Made by a program: the position numbers and the translations under genes. From an uncultured bacterium (GTDB lineage Bacteria; Bacillota; Clostridia; Lachnospirales; Lachnospiraceae), in NCBI GenBank assembly GCA_905214365.1, contig CAJMMH010000001.1, positions 1 to 45,964 on the forward strand: DNA of 45,964 bases. Reading direction: 5' to 3'. The notes under the pieces were generated by a model. It was not told the DNA's origin, searched no databases, and saw nothing but the letters and a program-made list of their open reading frames with translations. Shown here piece by piece: positions 43,646 to 45,964 of the stretch (within the stretch, counting starts at the first letter, position 1; every line of letters begins with the position of its first letter).

Positions 43646-45940
43646 ATGTTAAACTTTGCATCTATAAAGCAGCAGAAAGGACGTTGCTTTTTCTATCTTT
43701 TGCTGTTTGCTGTTTTCGGCTGGGCAGCCCTCATGCAATTTTTCGGTGCTGACGAACGCCTGTCCAACCAGTATTCGGATTCGCTTCTTTACACCGGAAG
43801 CTTTGTCTGGGAAAAGACTGATGGAACGATCTCTGATCTTACAGTTCCAGGGCAGTACGATGTCCCTGTTGGGGAAACAATGACAATTGTCTCGCAGCTT
43901 CCGGCCGACTTCACTGCTTCAACAATCGGAATCCGCTCTTCCATGCAGGATGTCCGGATTTTTGTCGGCGATGAACTGCGCGTCGAATACAATACGGCAG
44001 ATACCCGCCTTGCCGGAAAAAATTCCGCGAGCCGCTATGTTTTCTGCCCGACATCCGCGGCTGACGCAGGGACAGAGCTACGCATTGAACTGACTACGCA
44101 TACTGCCAATTATTCCGGTGTTGTCAACCAGGTCTACTGCGGCGATAAGTTTGATATCTGGCAGTCGATTTTAGAGCACTACGAAGCAGAAACCATCATC
44201 GCGTTCTTTCTCCTGTTTACCGGTCTGGCCGCCATCCTGTTCAGCTTCATGCTCGGCCTTGCCTATCACACAGTTTTTGACATGGAATATCTCGGATGGT
44301 GCATGGTTGTCGGAGCGGCATGGATGCTTGCCCAGTCAAAGCTCCGCCAGGTCCTTTTCCCCAATGCTTCATCGTTGAGCAGCCTGTGCTTCGTCCTGAT
44401 CATGCTTTCCCCACTTCCGGTTCTTTTGTACGCGGATAATCTCCAGAAGCATGCACATCACCGGCTTTACCTTGGCCTTGGCATACTTTCTGTGCTGAAT
44501 TTTGCTGTCAGCTCAATTCTGGCGGCAGCCGGAATCGCCGATTACATTGAAACGCTTCCTGTTTCACAGCTCATTCTTGCTGCAGTCCTTCTGCTTGTAT
44601 TCGGAAACCTGTTTTTATCCTTACGCGCCAGCAAAAAGCACACGGATCGGCTTCTGCTTTTTGGTATGGTCGCATCGATTCTGTGTATTTTTACGGAACT
44701 TCTGTCTGTCTACATTGTTGTATTCGCATCCGGTCTGTTTCTCGGCATCGGTATGCTGATTTTGCTTCTTGTTAATATTCTGCGAACCATTCTGTATATC
44801 CGCGATATTGAGAAGCAGCGCCGACAGGCAGAGGTTCTGCACAGCAGAAAGCAGGCAGAAATGCTCTCTCTTCAGATGATCCAGACACTTTCCGCAACTA
44901 TTGAAGCGAAAAACGAATATACACGCGGCCATTCTCTCCGGGTTGCGGAATACGCCGCGCGGATTGCTCTTGAACTCGGATGGGAACCGAACAGAATCCA
45001 GAACCTGAAATACGCCGCCAGCCTGCACGATATCGGCAAAACCGGGATTCCTGACACGATACTGAATAAACCGGCGCGGCTGACGCCGGACGAATACGCT
45101 TTGATTCAAAAGCACACGGTTATCGGGGCGGAGATTCTGAAAAATATCGCGTTCGTTCCTCATGCGGTTGACATCGCAAGATATCACCACGAACGCTACG
45201 ACGGCAGCGGCTATCCAGATGGCCTTTCCGGAGAAAACATTCCGATTGAAGCGCGTATTGTCGCAATTGCCGACAGCTATGACGCGATGAGCTCCCGCCG
45301 CATTTACCGGAATGCGCTCTCCTCCGACAAAATCCGCGAAGAAATCCGCAGAAACCGCGGCACACAGTTTGATCCGCAGCTTACTGATCTTTTCCTTGAC
45401 CTGCTTGACCGGAATGAGCTGCCGCTTCCGGACTCCGGTCAGATACCGACAGGAAACCTGGATGCTTCTTCCTTTGAAAATGCCCTCGAAACCTTCCTTT
45501 CCAGTATCGTGACAACCATGAAAAATCAGGAAGATTCCGGAAACTATGATTTTTTGACCGGCCTTCCACTCCGTCATCTCGGCGAACGACTGATTGCAGC
45601 GCTTATGCAGGAACATGATGGTTTCCTTGTATTTATTGACATGGACAACCTAAAAAAAATCAACGACTTATACGGACACAAAGCTGGGGATCGTGCCCTG
45701 AAACACCTTGGCAGCCTGCTTTCTGACTACAAAAAGCCTTCCATTGCCTGCCGTCTCGGCGGAGATGAGTTTCTGCTTTTTGTCCCAGACAGCTCCTCCG
45801 AACTGATTTCAGAACAGATGACTCTGCTTTTTGACCGCTTCCGCAGCACAGCCTGTTCCGATCCGGAATTAAAATATGCTTCACTCTCCGCCGGTCTCTG
45901 CATCTGCTCGAAAAATGAAAGACGACACAAGAGAAGATAA
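43646..45940 (+). CDS. Membrane HD-GYP phosphodiesterase with a C-terminally truncated GGDEF domain
   Basis: Multi-TM sensor; RGHSLRVA, LHDIGK, HHERYDGSGYP, ADSYDAM; then DFLTGL, FIDMDNLKKINDLYGHKAGD, RLGGDEF, SAG and an abrupt end; start after AAGGAG. Confidence 0.85.
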   Translation: MLNFASIKQQKGRCFFYLLLFAVFGWAALMQFFGADERLSNQYSDSLLYTGSFVWEKTDGTISDLTVPGQYDVPVGETMTIVSQLPADFTASTIGIRSSMQDVRIFVGDELRVEYNTADTRLAGKNSASRYVFCPTSAADAGTELRIELTTHTANYSGVVNQVYCGDKFDIWQSILEHYEAETIIAFFLLFTGLAAILFSFMLGLAYHTVFDMEYLGWCMVVGAAWMLAQSKLRQVLFPNASSLSSLCFVLIMLSPLPVLLYADNLQKHAHHRLYLGLGILSVLNFAVSSILAAAGIADYIETLPVSQLILAAVLLLVFGNLFLSLRASKKHTDRLLLFGMVASILCIFTELLSVYIVVFASGLFLGIGMLILLLVNILRTILYIRDIEKQRRQAEVLHSRKQAEMLSLQMIQTLSATIEAKNEYTRGHSLRVAEYAARIALELGWEPNRIQNLKYAASLHDIGKTGIPDTILNKPARLTPDEYALIQKHTVIGAEILKNIAFVPHAVDIARYHHERYDGSGYPDGLSGENIPIEARIVAIADSYDAMSSRRIYRNALSSDKIREEIRRNRGTQFDPQLTDLFLDLLDRNELPLPDSGQIPTGNLDASSFENALETFLSSIVTTMKNQEDSGNYDFLTGLPLRHLGERLIAALMQEHDGFLVFIDMDNLKKINDLYGHKAGDRALKHLGSLLSDYKKPSIACRLGGDEFLLFVPDSSSELISEQMTLLFDRFRSTACSDPELKYASLSAGLCICSKNERRHKRR

Positions 45941-45964
45941 GATTATTACAACAGTCTGGGGAGT

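Noticed and set aside
44621..45616. 331-aa minus-strand ORF
   Set aside because: Shadow of the HD-GYP gene.

Overview
Chromosomal region of a low-GC Gram-positive anaerobe, probably Lachnospiraceae-like (inferred from gene content, SD motifs and sigma-A promoters). In order, it holds: (1) a lipoprotein sugar-binding protein coupled to a membrane diguanylate cyclase; (2) an AraC regulator and an esterase; (3) a carbohydrate-utilisation locus with GH95 and GH29 fucosidase-family hydrolases, an ABC importer, a YesM-like kinase and a displaced YesN-like regulator; (4) a 4Fe-4S protein with an Hcp N-terminal fragment; (5) nth, a debranching enzyme, an ABC exporter, an amidohydrolase, MscS and three MATE pumps; (6) a RhaB-like kinase with an AraA/FucI-fold isomerase, LysR and a CadA-type ATPase; (7) a solo tnpB IS200/IS605 element with intact RuvC motifs and a downstream omegaRNA, inserted in the leader of a C-terminally broken HD-GYP/GGDEF gene. 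The most striking unexplained signal is non-coding. About 13 copies of a ~58-nt stem-loop element (ATGTRCTC...GAGYACAT) lie in UTRs, and most end 20-25 nt upstream of a start codon. There is also a ~165-bp MITE family and two IS200/IS605 left-end remnants. No rRNA, tRNA or CRISPR array was seen. All alignments were done by eye.
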